A stretch of DNA of 64,000 nucleotides from Polyangiales bacterium. GTDB lineage: Bacteria > Myxococcota_A > Polyangia > Polyangiales > Polyangiaceae. Position numbers and translations under genes: made by a program. The stretch covers positions 32,001 through 96,000 of the forward strand of contig JBBRNJ010000016.1 of assembly GCA_038230375.1 (NCBI GenBank), in the 5' to 3' direction. The notes beneath the pieces were generated by a model. The model was not told the origin of the DNA. It made no database searches and was given only the letters and a program-made list of their open reading frames with translations. Every line of letters starts with the position of its first letter. Position 1 is the stretch's first letter. Below, piece after piece: positions 8,901-17,955 of this stretch.

Positions 8901-10880
8901 ATGGACCGAAAGACCGCTCGCGAAATCCTGGAATCTCTCGGCAAGCTCGACAAGGACGTCGTCGCCATCAAAGTTGGCAACAGGACGGTCGACCTCTTCA
9001 CGCCGCTCACCGCGGCAGAGGTCGCAGAGGCCGGGACCGCGCCCAAGGTCGTTCGCGCCTCGGATCCGGACGGGCTCGCGGTCATCCGGCACTCGACCGC
9101 GCACGTCATGGCGGACGCGGTGCAACGGCTCTTCCCGGGCACCAAGGTCACCATCGGCCCCTCGATCGAGGACGGCTTCTACTACGACTTCGACAAGCCC
9201 GACGGCGCCTTCACCGAGGACGATCTCAAGAAGATCGAGAAGGAGATGTTCGGCGTCATCAATCGCAACACTCCGTTCCGTCGCGAGGTCATCTCCCGCG
9301 AAGGCGCGATCGAGATGTTCGAGAAGATGGGCGAGCGCTTCAAGGTCGAGATCATCAAGAGCATCCCCGACGGCGAAGAGGTCAGCCTGTACCGCCATGG
9401 CGAGCCGAACAAGGGCGAGTGGGTCGACGTCTGCGAAGGTCCTCACGTCCCGCGCACCGGCATGCTCGCGGCCATCAAGCTCACGCACGTCGCAGGCGCC
9501 TACTGGCGCGGCAACGAAGCCAACCCCATGCTCCAGCGCATCTACGGCACCGCATTCGCTTCGAAGGAAGCGCTTGCAGAGCATCTCAAGATGGTCGAGG
9601 ACGCGAAGGCGCGCGACCACCGCAAGCTGATCAAGGAGCTCGAGCTCGTTCACTTTGATCCGCTCGCGCCCGCCATGCCGTTCTTCTTGCCGAAGGGCGC
9701 ATATGTGTACAATGCACTCATCACGTACATGCGCGAGCTGTACGAGCGCTACGGCTATGAAGAGGTGATCACGCCTCAGATCTTCGACCCGAAGCTGTTC
9801 CGCACGTCGGGCCACCTGGGCCACTACAACGACAACATGTACCGGGCGTGGACCGAGGACCAGTTCGACGAGGAGGTCGGCAAGGACGGCGTCAAGAAGA
9901 GCCCGCTTCCGGCGGACCTCGTGAGAGAGCTGCAGGCAGAGAGCTTTGCGCAGAAGCCCATGAACTGCCCGAGCCACTGCCTGATCTTCGGTGCCCGCAA
10001 GCGCAGCTACCGCGAGCTCCCGTGGCGCATGGCGGATTTCGGCCGCCTTCACCGCTACGAGCGCGGCGGCGTGGTGCACGGGCTCGCCCGCGTGCGCAGC
10101 TTCTGCCAGGACGACGCGCACATCTTCTGCGAGAAGAAGCAGGCGCCAGAGGAGATCGCGACGTTCGTCAAGCTCCTCTATGAAGTGTATAGTACATTCA
10201 AATTCGGCGACGTCTCCGTGAAGCTCTCGCTTCGCCCGGAGAAGCGCATGGGCGTGGACTCCGACTGGGACATGGCGGAGGGCGCGCTGCGCGACGGTCT
10301 CACGGCCGCGGGCCTTGGCTACGACGACATGCCGGGCGAGGGAGCATTCTACGGTCCCAAGCTGGAGTTCCATGTGAAGGACGCGCTCAAGCGCAGCTGG
10401 CAGCTCGGTACCATCCAGTACGATCCGAACCTGCCCGAGAGCTTCGACCTGGCGTACACCGGCGACGACGGTAAGGATCACCGCCCCGTGATGTTGCACC
10501 GCGCGGTGCTCGGCTCGCTGGAGCGGTTCTTCGCGGTCTACGTGGAGCACTGCGCCGGCAAGTTCCCGGTGTGGCTCGCGCCCAAGCAGGTCACGGTCAT
10601 CACCGTGATGGACACGGCAAACGAGTACGCGCACGCGGTGATCAAGGAGCTCCGTGACAACGGCCTTCGCGTGGACGACGACCTCTCCAAGGACAAGCTC
10701 AACGCGAAGATCCGCAACGCGCAGCTCTCTCGCGTTCCGTACATGCTCGTGCTCGGTCAGCGCGACGTGGAAGCCAAGACCGTGAGCGTGCGCCTGCGCG
10801 AAGGCGGGGCGGACCTTGGCGCCATGCCGGTCGCGCAGTTCATCGACCGCGTCCGCGGCGAAGTGCGCGCCCGCGCCTAG
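8901..10880 (+). CDS. thrS: Threonine--tRNA ligase
   Basis: RHSTAHVM, CEGPHV, RDHRKL, KPMNCPSH, GEGAFYGPK and HRAVLGSLERF. Confidence 0.98.
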   Translation: MDRKTAREILESLGKLDKDVVAIKVGNRTVDLFTPLTAAEVAEAGTAPKVVRASDPDGLAVIRHSTAHVMADAVQRLFPGTKVTIGPSIEDGFYYDFDKPDGAFTEDDLKKIEKEMFGVINRNTPFRREVISREGAIEMFEKMGERFKVEIIKSIPDGEEVSLYRHGEPNKGEWVDVCEGPHVPRTGMLAAIKLTHVAGAYWRGNEANPMLQRIYGTAFASKEALAEHLKMVEDAKARDHRKLIKELELVHFDPLAPAMPFFLPKGAYVYNALITYMRELYERYGYEEVITPQIFDPKLFRTSGHLGHYNDNMYRAWTEDQFDEEVGKDGVKKSPLPADLVRELQAESFAQKPMNCPSHCLIFGARKRSYRELPWRMADFGRLHRYERGGVVHGLARVRSFCQDDAHIFCEKKQAPEEIATFVKLLYEVYSTFKFGDVSVKLSLRPEKRMGVDSDWDMAEGALRDGLTAAGLGYDDMPGEGAFYGPKLEFHVKDALKRSWQLGTIQYDPNLPESFDLAYTGDDGKDHRPVMLHRAVLGSLERFFAVYVEHCAGKFPVWLAPKQVTVITVMDTANEYAHAVIKELRDNGLRVDDDLSKDKLNAKIRNAQLSRVPYMLVLGQRDVEAKTVSVRLREGGADLGAMPVAQFIDRVRGEVRARA

Positions 10881-10891
10881 GTACGCTCCTG

Positions 10892-11740
10892 GTGGGCACG
10901 TTCGATCTGCTCGGCGGCGTGTGGAAGGGGCTTCCCACAGCCGTGGCCCGCGCGCGCGGGTGGGGTGCGGATTGGGTCGCGCATTCAGAGGCATTCGTGG
11001 AGGTGCGTCACGGGCAGGTGGTCGCGCACGTAGGCGTGATGGAGATCGCCGCGACGATCGACGGTCGTGAGCAGGTGCTTGCCGGAATACATGCGGTATG
11101 CACGCATCCCGAGCACCGCGGGCAGGGGCTCATGCGAAGGACCATGGACCGTGCGCTCACCTGGGTCGACGCTCGCTATCCGTCCGCCGTGCTCTGGGCC
11201 AACGACCGGGCGATCTACGAGCGCTTCGGCTTCGTCGCACGGCCCGAGTCGATGTTCGCTTTCGCGCCTGACGGGCCCAGCTTGAACGCCGATGCGAGCG
11301 ACGCACGCCAGCTCTCACTGGGCGTCCCGGATGATCTCGCGCTTGTTCGTTCGATGCTCGCGTCGCGTTCGCCCGTGTCATCCCTGTGCGGCTCGCGGGA
11401 GCCCGGCTGGCTCTTCTTGATCGACCTTGCCCTGTGGGGCGAGAGAGCGCCCATCGTCGCGCATGTCGCCGCGCTCGATTGTATCGCGGTCTATGAGATC
11501 AACGATGGCGTGCTTCGACTGTACGACGTTGTGGCGAGCCGACTGCCTGCGCTCGCGGCGCTCGTCTCTCACCTTGGGCCGGGCGTGCGCGAGGTGACGG
11601 TCTTCTTCGGCACCGACGCATTCAGTGACGCGCGCTCGCTTCCAGCGTTGCCCACGTCGCTCTACGACTTCCTCATGGTGCGTGGCGCGCCGCTCCCCGC
11701 GGTCGTTCCGCTCGCATTTTCACCGCTATCGCGTTGCTGA
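10892..11740 (+). CDS. GNAT family N-acetyltransferase
   Basis: VCTHPEHRGQGL and YERFGF. Confidence 0.85.
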   Translation: MGTFDLLGGVWKGLPTAVARARGWGADWVAHSEAFVEVRHGQVVAHVGVMEIAATIDGREQVLAGIHAVCTHPEHRGQGLMRRTMDRALTWVDARYPSAVLWANDRAIYERFGFVARPESMFAFAPDGPSLNADASDARQLSLGVPDDLALVRSMLASRSPVSSLCGSREPGWLFLIDLALWGERAPIVAHVAALDCIAVYEINDGVLRLYDVVASRLPALAALVSHLGPGVREVTVFFGTDAFSDARSLPALPTSLYDFLMVRGAPLPAVVPLAFSPLSRC

Positions 11741-11811
11741 CGGTCGGCCTCCGCGCGCGTCAGCAATCGCACGCAGCACCGAAACGAGCTTGAATTTTCG
11801 ACGTTCGAGCG

Positions 11812-11827
11812 CGGCACACCGCTTGCG
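11812..11827 (+). promoter_or_regulatory. Putative sigma54 promoter
   Basis: CGGCACACCGCTTGCG; ATG at 11839 is 13 nt after the -12 C. Confidence 0.6.
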
Positions 11828-11838
11828 TAGCGCGCGGC

Positions 11839-13149
11839 ATGACCTTGCCTTCTCCTCCGCACGCTGGCGCCGCAGCGACGTTCGCGATTGCCCTGATGAT
11901 GGGCTGTAGCTCGTCCCAGTCCACCGTCACCGCAACCGCCGACGCTGGTTCGGACCCAGCCGACGCCGGCGACACCGCCGATGCGGGTCTCGATCACGGC
12001 AAGCCGAGCACCAGCTACCCGGCGCCGCACCCGCCCGTCCCCAGCACCATGAGCCTCGGGGGCGACGTCCTCACGGCGCCGAAGCTCGTGGCGATCACGT
12101 TCGCTGGCGACGCCCGCGCGGCCGACCTGGAGTCGTTCGCGACGGCGCTTGCCGCGAGCGACACGCTTCGCGCGGCGACCACGGAGTATGGAGTCGGCAC
12201 TGCCACGGCCGCCACGCCGATCCATCTTGCAGACGCAGCGCCAACCATGACGACGGACGGCGACATCCAGAAGCTGGTCACCGCCAGCCTGAGCGGCGCC
12301 ACGCCCGCGTGGGGCGCTCCCGACAAGAGTGCAATCTACACATTGTTCTACCCGACCGCGACCAGGATCACCGCACCCAATGGCGTGAGCTGCGCGGTCG
12401 GCGGCTTCAATGGCTATCACTCGGAGATCGCGCTCGCGGACGGTACGCCGATCGTCTACGCGGTGATCGCCGGCTGCGACACGTTCCCGACCAGCCCGTT
12501 CGCCGGACCCAAGGGGCTGGACCAGGTGACCACGGTGGCCTCGCACGAGTGGGTGGAGGCCATGACGGATCCGCACATTGACTCTGCGCCCGCGTTCGCG
12601 CAGCCGGCTGCGGTGGACACGGGGTGGCTCGTGGTACCGGGCGGCGAGGTCGGCGACATGTGCGGCTTCAACCCGAACTCGTCCTTCGTTCCGAGCGGCT
12701 TCACGCATTCCGTGCAGCGCATGTGGTCCAACAAGGAGGCCGCGCTGGGACATGATCCTTGCGTGCCTCACGTGTCGAAGCTGCCGTACTTCAACAGCGC
12801 CCCCGTGCTCACGGACAAGATCAAGTGGAGCTACTTCGGCACGCCTGTGCAGTCGACGGGCGTCCTGATCCCCGTTGGGCAGACGAAGACGATCGAGCTC
12901 GATCTCTTCAGCCTGGGCGACACGGGCGCGCCGTGGAAGCTCGAGGTGGTGGAGCCGCTCACGTGGGTGAAGCAGAAGCCCGAGCTCGTCATGAGCCTGG
13001 ACCGGCAGACCGGTCAGAACGGCGAGAAGGTCTACCTGACCATCAAGGTGCTCTCAAAGGACAAGAGCTTCGGCGCGGAGTTCTTCGCTGTCGTGTCGAC
13101 GCTCGGCGATCAGTCGAACATCTGGTTCGGCACGGTGGGGAACCAGTAG
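11839..13149 (+). CDS. Secreted lipoprotein with an HExxE motif (PHI-1/EXORDIUM-like)
   Basis: Lipobox MMGC; GYHS, SHEWVEAMTDP and GEVGDMC motifs. Confidence 0.7.
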   Translation: MTLPSPPHAGAAATFAIALMMGCSSSQSTVTATADAGSDPADAGDTADAGLDHGKPSTSYPAPHPPVPSTMSLGGDVLTAPKLVAITFAGDARAADLESFATALAASDTLRAATTEYGVGTATAATPIHLADAAPTMTTDGDIQKLVTASLSGATPAWGAPDKSAIYTLFYPTATRITAPNGVSCAVGGFNGYHSEIALADGTPIVYAVIAGCDTFPTSPFAGPKGLDQVTTVASHEWVEAMTDPHIDSAPAFAQPAAVDTGWLVVPGGEVGDMCGFNPNSSFVPSGFTHSVQRMWSNKEAALGHDPCVPHVSKLPYFNSAPVLTDKIKWSYFGTPVQSTGVLIPVGQTKTIELDLFSLGDTGAPWKLEVVEPLTWVKQKPELVMSLDRQTGQNGEKVYLTIKVLSKDKSFGAEFFAVVSTLGDQSNIWFGTVGNQ

Positions 13150-13186
13150 AGCGCGAGGCGCCGTTCCGAGCACCCAAGACTCGGGC

Positions 13187-13873
13187 TCACGGCTTCCTCC
13201 TTGCGACCAGCGTGATCGGCGCGCTCGCGTTGATGTCGAGGCCGGTGACGCGGAGCGTATACCTACCGGGCGCGAGCCGCGGCCCCATCACGCCGAAGGG
13301 CAGCGGCGGCGCGGTCATGGAGACGACGGACATGTCGGTCGGCTGATCGAACCCGGTCCGTTGGCCCTTCGCGATGACGAACCAGTGCTCGGGGGTGACG
13401 CTCTGGCCGCACGCCATCGTGGATTGGTCCTCGGCGTACTCGGTGCCTCCCCTGGTGAACGACACGTGGAAGGGCCCGGTGCAGCTCGTGCCAGCACGGA
13501 CGAGGAACGCGTGATCGTGGTCGTCCACGTTGACGAGCTCCATGGGGATCGGATTCCCGATCGTCACGGTGGAAGGAACGCGAAGTTCCAGGCGGGCGAT
13601 GGCTTTGGTGGGAGAGGGAAGGGGAGGCTTCGCGGTCGGGGCCGGGGTCGGGGCCGGGGTCGGGGTCGGAGTCGAAGTCGGGGTCGGGGTCGGGGTCGAA
13701 GTCGGGGTCGAAGTCGAGGTCGGAGTTGATGTCGAAGTCGGAGTTGATGTCGAAGTCGGGGTCGGGGTCGAAGTCGAGGTCGTTGCTGGCGCTGCCCCCG
13801 CGGTCGCCGCTGGTGCTGGCGCGCACCCGAGCATCGCTGCGGCGGCACTGGTGCATAGGAGGTGCTGGAACAT
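13187..13873 (-). CDS. Hypothetical lipoprotein with a Thr/Pro/Ser linker encoded by a hexamer array
   Basis: Lipobox MLGC; TSTPTP repeats; TATGAT 6 nt upstream of ATG. Confidence 0.65.
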   Translation of the reverse strand: MFQHLLCTSAAAAMLGCAPAPAATAGAAPATTSTSTPTPTSTSTPTSTSTPTSTSTPTSTPTPTPTSTPTPTPAPTPAPTAKPPLPSPTKAIARLELRVPSTVTIGNPIPMELVNVDDHDHAFLVRAGTSCTGPFHVSFTRGGTEYAEDQSTMACGQSVTPEHWFVIAKGQRTGFDQPTDMSVVSMTAPPLPFGVMGPRLAPGRYTLRVTGLDINASAPITLVARRKP

Positions 13874-13913
13874 GGGCCGATCATACCCGCAGAACCGTGC
13901 GACACTTGTACTT

Positions 13914-15233
13914 GTGAGGTGGCTGCCATTGCTGCGTGGCGCGTGCGTGTTTGCGGCCTTGGCGACCGCATCTGCGTGCGGCTCTGACGCTGCTCCGACA
14001 TCGCCCGCCAGCACGCAGCTCCAGTGGCTCCTCGACACGATCAACAGCGGTGACGCCGCGAGCGAGCCCATCACCGAGCACTTCACGGAGGGGTACCTGG
14101 CCACGCACCCCGCGAAGGCCCTCGCCGACGCGCTCCTGAAGGTCCACGACAAGCAGGCTCCGCTTGCGCTCATGGGTGACGATCTCCCCGCGAAGCCGGG
14201 CCAGCTGCTCGTCCGCGCGCAGGACTCGCGATCGCGCTGGATGCGCATCGGGCTCACCACGGAGGACGCCTCGCCGCATCGCATGAGCGCGCTCACCATC
14301 GCACCCAACGGTGATCTGGATCCCGCCCTGCAGACCTGGCCGGACGTCATCAACGCTCTCTCCGCGCTCACGCCCAACCTGGGCTTCGTGGCTGCCACGC
14401 TCCGTCCCGACGGCTGCGGCACGTTGCAGGAGCTGGGCTCCACGCGCGAGCTCGCGATCGGCTCCAACCTGAAGCTCTACATCCTGACGGCGCTCGGGAC
14501 CGAGATCGCGGAAGGCCGGCGCGCATGGACCGACACGGTGGCCATTCGCGACGACTGGAAGAGCCTGTCGCCGCTGGAGTTCGAGGCCGCAGGCACCGTG
14601 CACACGCTCCAGGACATGGCCGAGCGCATGGTCTCCGCAAGTGATAACACCGCCGCCGATCACCTTCTCTACACGCTTGGTCGGGCTACCGTGGAGAAGG
14701 CCGTGACGGACTCGGGGCATGCCGCTCCGTCCAGGATGCTGCCGTTTCTTTCCACGTGGGAGGCGTTCTGGCTCGTGCTCCTGGCGACGCCCGCGCAGCA
14801 GCAAGCCTATGTCGCGGCCGATGTCGCGGCGCGCCGCGCGATGCTCGACATGGTCCCGCACGCCGCGCCCGAACGCGACGCCGCGAACGCTGCGCTGCTC
14901 TCGTTCACCGCACCGCGCTTGCTCGACAGCGTGGGCTGGTTCGCGTCAGCGAAGGATCTCTGCGCCGTGACCGCGCGCTTGATGCGCACCGGCGAGGGCT
15001 TCGACATCCTGCTCGAGAGCCACGGCCTTCCGGACCTGCGCAACGACTACGTGGGCCTTGGTTACAAGGCCGGCAGCGAGCCCGGCGTGCTCTCGGTGAG
15101 CTACGCCATCGCCCGCGGCAGCGACGGAACATGGTTCTTCATCAGCATGATCTTGAACGACGGCAACGACGCCTTCGATCGTGAGCACGCGTTCTACCTG
15201 CTCGGCGCTGCCCGTGGGCAGCTGCGCCACTGA
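13914..15233 (+). CDS. Serine hydrolase, class A beta-lactamase-like (LpqF/ORF12-type) lipoprotein
   Basis: SxxK (SNLK), SDN and KAG motifs; lipobox ASAC. Confidence 0.85.
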   Translation: MRWLPLLRGACVFAALATASACGSDAAPTSPASTQLQWLLDTINSGDAASEPITEHFTEGYLATHPAKALADALLKVHDKQAPLALMGDDLPAKPGQLLVRAQDSRSRWMRIGLTTEDASPHRMSALTIAPNGDLDPALQTWPDVINALSALTPNLGFVAATLRPDGCGTLQELGSTRELAIGSNLKLYILTALGTEIAEGRRAWTDTVAIRDDWKSLSPLEFEAAGTVHTLQDMAERMVSASDNTAADHLLYTLGRATVEKAVTDSGHAAPSRMLPFLSTWEAFWLVLLATPAQQQAYVAADVAARRAMLDMVPHAAPERDAANAALLSFTAPRLLDSVGWFASAKDLCAVTARLMRTGEGFDILLESHGLPDLRNDYVGLGYKAGSEPGVLSVSYAIARGSDGTWFFISMILNDGNDAFDREHAFYLLGAARGQLRH

Positions 15234-15257
15234 ACAGCGCCAGCAGGGTTCTCGGCG

Positions 15258-16217
15258 TCAGCGGGCGAGCTTGGTCGTGATGTTGCCCACACTCATCTCG
15301 TCGGTGAGCGGGTCGCCCGGGTTCTGGTCCTGCGCGTTCGCGAACGGGATGAACGGACCAAGTCCCTTCACGGCGACGGCCCAGATGAGGACGCCCACGG
15401 CCACGCCAGCGCCGATGTACGCGCCCACGCCGACGCGCGTGCCGACCCAGTACTGATCCCACTTGATGCTGTTGTTGTTGTTCGGCAGCTGGTTCGGCAC
15501 CACCACCGGATCGATGCCCTTGTCCGCCTTCGGATCCACGGGCTCCGCCTTCGCGTCGTTCGCAGCTGCGTTGTTGTCGCCGCCGTTCGCGCCCGGGTCG
15601 CCGCCCGTGCCGCCGGTGTTCTTCGTGCCGATGCCGCTCACGTTCGTGAACTCGGGATCTTGCTTCAGGCGCGTTGCCAGCTCGTTGCTCTCGAACACGG
15701 AGACGATCGTGCGCTTCATGACCTTGAGCGCCTTGTTGACGCGCGCGGGGTCACCGCTCTGCAGCTCCGTTGCGAAGATGGGCAGGTACTTCGGCGTGCG
15801 GCGGTTGATCTCCGCGATCACGTAGTCCACGATCTTGGCGAACTGCGCCTCGGTCGGCATCCACACCTGGTCCATGGCCTTGCCCAGCTGCTCGAGCTCC
15901 AGCTCCGTGGGCGGGCGCCCCGGCTGCTTGGGCGCGGGGAACGGATCACCGGGCTGCGCTGCCATGTCGGTCACGTAGCTCTGGAGCATCTGCGCCGGGA
16001 CTGCGTGAGCCTTCAGTGCCTGCTTCGTGTTCTCGAGGCGATCCTTCACGGTCATGGGCTGGCCGAATTTCTCGGCTGCGGGACCTACGCCCATCATGCC
16101 CTGCGTGAGCTCTTCGCCGGTGTACTGGCGAGGCTGTTCACTGGAGCTGCAGCCACCTGTGGCGGCACTGGCGACGAGGAGCGCGATGGCGAAGACCTTG
16201 GTGATGTGTCGTTTCAT
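15258..16217 (-). CDS. sdpC: SdpC-family antimicrobial peptide precursor
   Basis: YTGEEL..G..G.GP and ELQSGDPARV pro-region motifs; hydrophobic C-terminal core; translationally coupled to sdpB. Confidence 0.8.
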   Translation of the reverse strand: MKRHITKVFAIALLVASAATGGCSSSEQPRQYTGEELTQGMMGVGPAAEKFGQPMTVKDRLENTKQALKAHAVPAQMLQSYVTDMAAQPGDPFPAPKQPGRPPTELELEQLGKAMDQVWMPTEAQFAKIVDYVIAEINRRTPKYLPIFATELQSGDPARVNKALKVMKRTIVSVFESNELATRLKQDPEFTNVSGIGTKNTGGTGGDPGANGGDNNAAANDAKAEPVDPKADKGIDPVVVPNQLPNNNNSIKWDQYWVGTRVGVGAYIGAGVAVGVLIWAVAVKGLGPFIPFANAQDQNPGDPLTDEMSVGNITTKLAR

Positions 16218-17185
16218 TGGATGCCTCCGAGCATGGTCGAGGCGAACCTCGCACCAAGCTCTGTAAAGTGGGCGAGACGCGCACGAATGCGGGCCGCGCG
16301 GTTGGATAAGAAGACGTTCTCCGTCGGGCGTAGATAAAGGATGAGCGCTGCGCTCATCGCAAAGCCAAAGCTCACCAGTCCCTGAAGCAATGCAATTCCG
16401 ATGTGGAGCGAGAGCCCCAGCACCAGCAAGTATTTCCAGTGTTTCTTCGCAGCGAAGAGGCCGCACATCAGCGCGAACTCCGCCAGCACGACTCCCCACG
16501 TCATGACCGCCACGGTCTGGTGCGTGAGGATGGGCATCACCACGGGGCGCGCCCATCCGGCCGCGCCGTAGAGCGGGTGGCTGAGCCAGTAGTACATGGC
16601 GGTGCCGTTGCTCCATTCGGGCGTCGCGTATTTGCCGGCGGCGGCGTGGAAGTAGATCCCGGCGACCTGCATGCGGCAGAGCGTGATGCTGGTCTGCGCA
16701 AGGAAGCGCTTCGCGGGCAGCCACTTGTCGTTCGGGTCTTCCTTCCACTCATCCCAGTGCCACTTGCGGTTGTCCGTCAGCGTCACGGGCAAGAGCAGCA
16801 GCGTGAGCACGGCGGTGACCTGATCGCCGCCATCGAGCGAGGACGCGCCGAGCTGGAAGCTGAGCGCCACGAACCAGTGAATGATGCCCGTGATGCGCGG
16901 GCGCCAGCCGGTGGCGACGAGCGCAAGGAGGACCACACACACGAAGCGCGCGATCTCGAGGCGCGACCTGGGGAACATGCAGAAGAGGCCCGCCTGAAGG
17001 CTGCCCGTGCAGATCGGCGGCTCCGGCATGCCAGCGATGCGCGGGAAGAGCGCGGGCACGTCGTTCGTGAGCAGCGTGAGCAAGGTGCCGGTGGCAAGGA
17101 GCGTCCGCGCCAGCCCGTAGACGTTCGTCCACGGCTTGGACTCGGAGCTCCAGCGGTGCACGAGGTTCCCGACCGCGGTCAGCAT
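16214..17185 (-). CDS. sdpB: SdpB-family HTTM-domain membrane protein
   Basis: PWTNVYGLARTLLA, GWRPRITGIIHW, DGGDQV, TDNRKWHW and QVAGIYFHAA.GK...EW.NGTA.YYW. Confidence 0.9.
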   Translation of the reverse strand: MLTAVGNLVHRWSSESKPWTNVYGLARTLLATGTLLTLLTNDVPALFPRIAGMPEPPICTGSLQAGLFCMFPRSRLEIARFVCVVLLALVATGWRPRITGIIHWFVALSFQLGASSLDGGDQVTAVLTLLLLPVTLTDNRKWHWDEWKEDPNDKWLPAKRFLAQTSITLCRMQVAGIYFHAAAGKYATPEWSNGTAMYYWLSHPLYGAAGWARPVVMPILTHQTVAVMTWGVVLAEFALMCGLFAAKKHWKYLLVLGLSLHIGIALLQGLVSFGFAMSAALILYLRPTENVFLSNRAARIRARLAHFTELGARFASTMLGGIQ

Positions 17186-17751
17186 GACACCTCTACGATC
17201 ACGACCTTCGACTTCATCGTTGGCGGCTTCGGAGAGCTGGCCCACGCCCACGGGATTCGCGGCGTGACGACCACGCCCATGGTTCCGCAGAACACCGGGC
17301 GCGTCGCGTTGCTGTGGAAGATCAGCTTGGGCTGACGGCTCGAGAGGCACGCCTCTGCGTTCGCTTCGCAGTCCTCGTAGGCCTCTGAAGGGATGCTCGT
17401 GAGGATGAGGCCTGACTCGATGCCCTCGTTGCGGCCCGCGCGGCTCAGCCCGAACAGGTTGTGGCTCGACGCGTTCTCACCGCTGTCGGCGCGCATCCAG
17501 TGGCCCGCGCTGTCCTTCTTGTAGAGGAAGGAGATGTCCTCGCGTGCGTTGCGCGTGAAGAACTTCCAGCCCTCGGGCAGATAGGACACGGTGCCGAGCT
17601 GCTTCTCGCCAGGCAGTCGCACGGGGTTGCTCGCGTCCATCGAACCGTGCACGGCGTACACGATCGCGATTGCCAGGAACCCCCACCACACGAGTGCGAG
17701 CGCTCCCAGGCGTCGCTTGCTCGTGACCTCGTTCCCTACGTCAGTGCTCAT
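17179..17751 (-). CDS. sdpA: SdpA-family protein
   Basis: N-terminal TM segment; PEGWKFFTRNARE, NLFGLSRAGR and IPWAW. Confidence 0.88.
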   Translation of the reverse strand: MSTDVGNEVTSKRRLGALALVWWGFLAIAIVYAVHGSMDASNPVRLPGEKQLGTVSYLPEGWKFFTRNAREDISFLYKKDSAGHWMRADSGENASSHNLFGLSRAGRNEGIESGLILTSIPSEAYEDCEANAEACLSSRQPKLIFHSNATRPVFCGTMGVVVTPRIPWAWASSPKPPTMKSKVVIVEVSC

Positions 17752-17763
17752 GCACCGATAGGG

Positions 17764-17779
17764 AGCAACCGTCGTGCCG
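17764..17779 (-). promoter_or_regulatory. sigma54 promoter of sdpABC
   Basis: Minus strand reads CGGCACGACGGTTGCT, close to the TGGCACG-N4-TTGCW consensus. Confidence 0.7.
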
Positions 17780-17955
17780 TTGCAAATCGAGGCGCGCGTT
17801 CCACCAGGGCAGTGATCTTTTTGTTCCCGCTGCACAAGGACGTGCAAAACGAAAAAATGGCTCCGATGGACGCTTGCATCGTACATGGATCGCGTCGCGA
17901 ATCCGGTGGGAGCCCGCCTATCCGGCGATGCGCCAGAGAGACACACGACAGCTTC

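Noticed and set aside
13914..15233. True class A beta-lactamase resistance gene
   Set aside because: The extra N-terminal domain and the lack of a clear omega-loop ExxLN fit the LpqF/ORF12-type hydrolases better.
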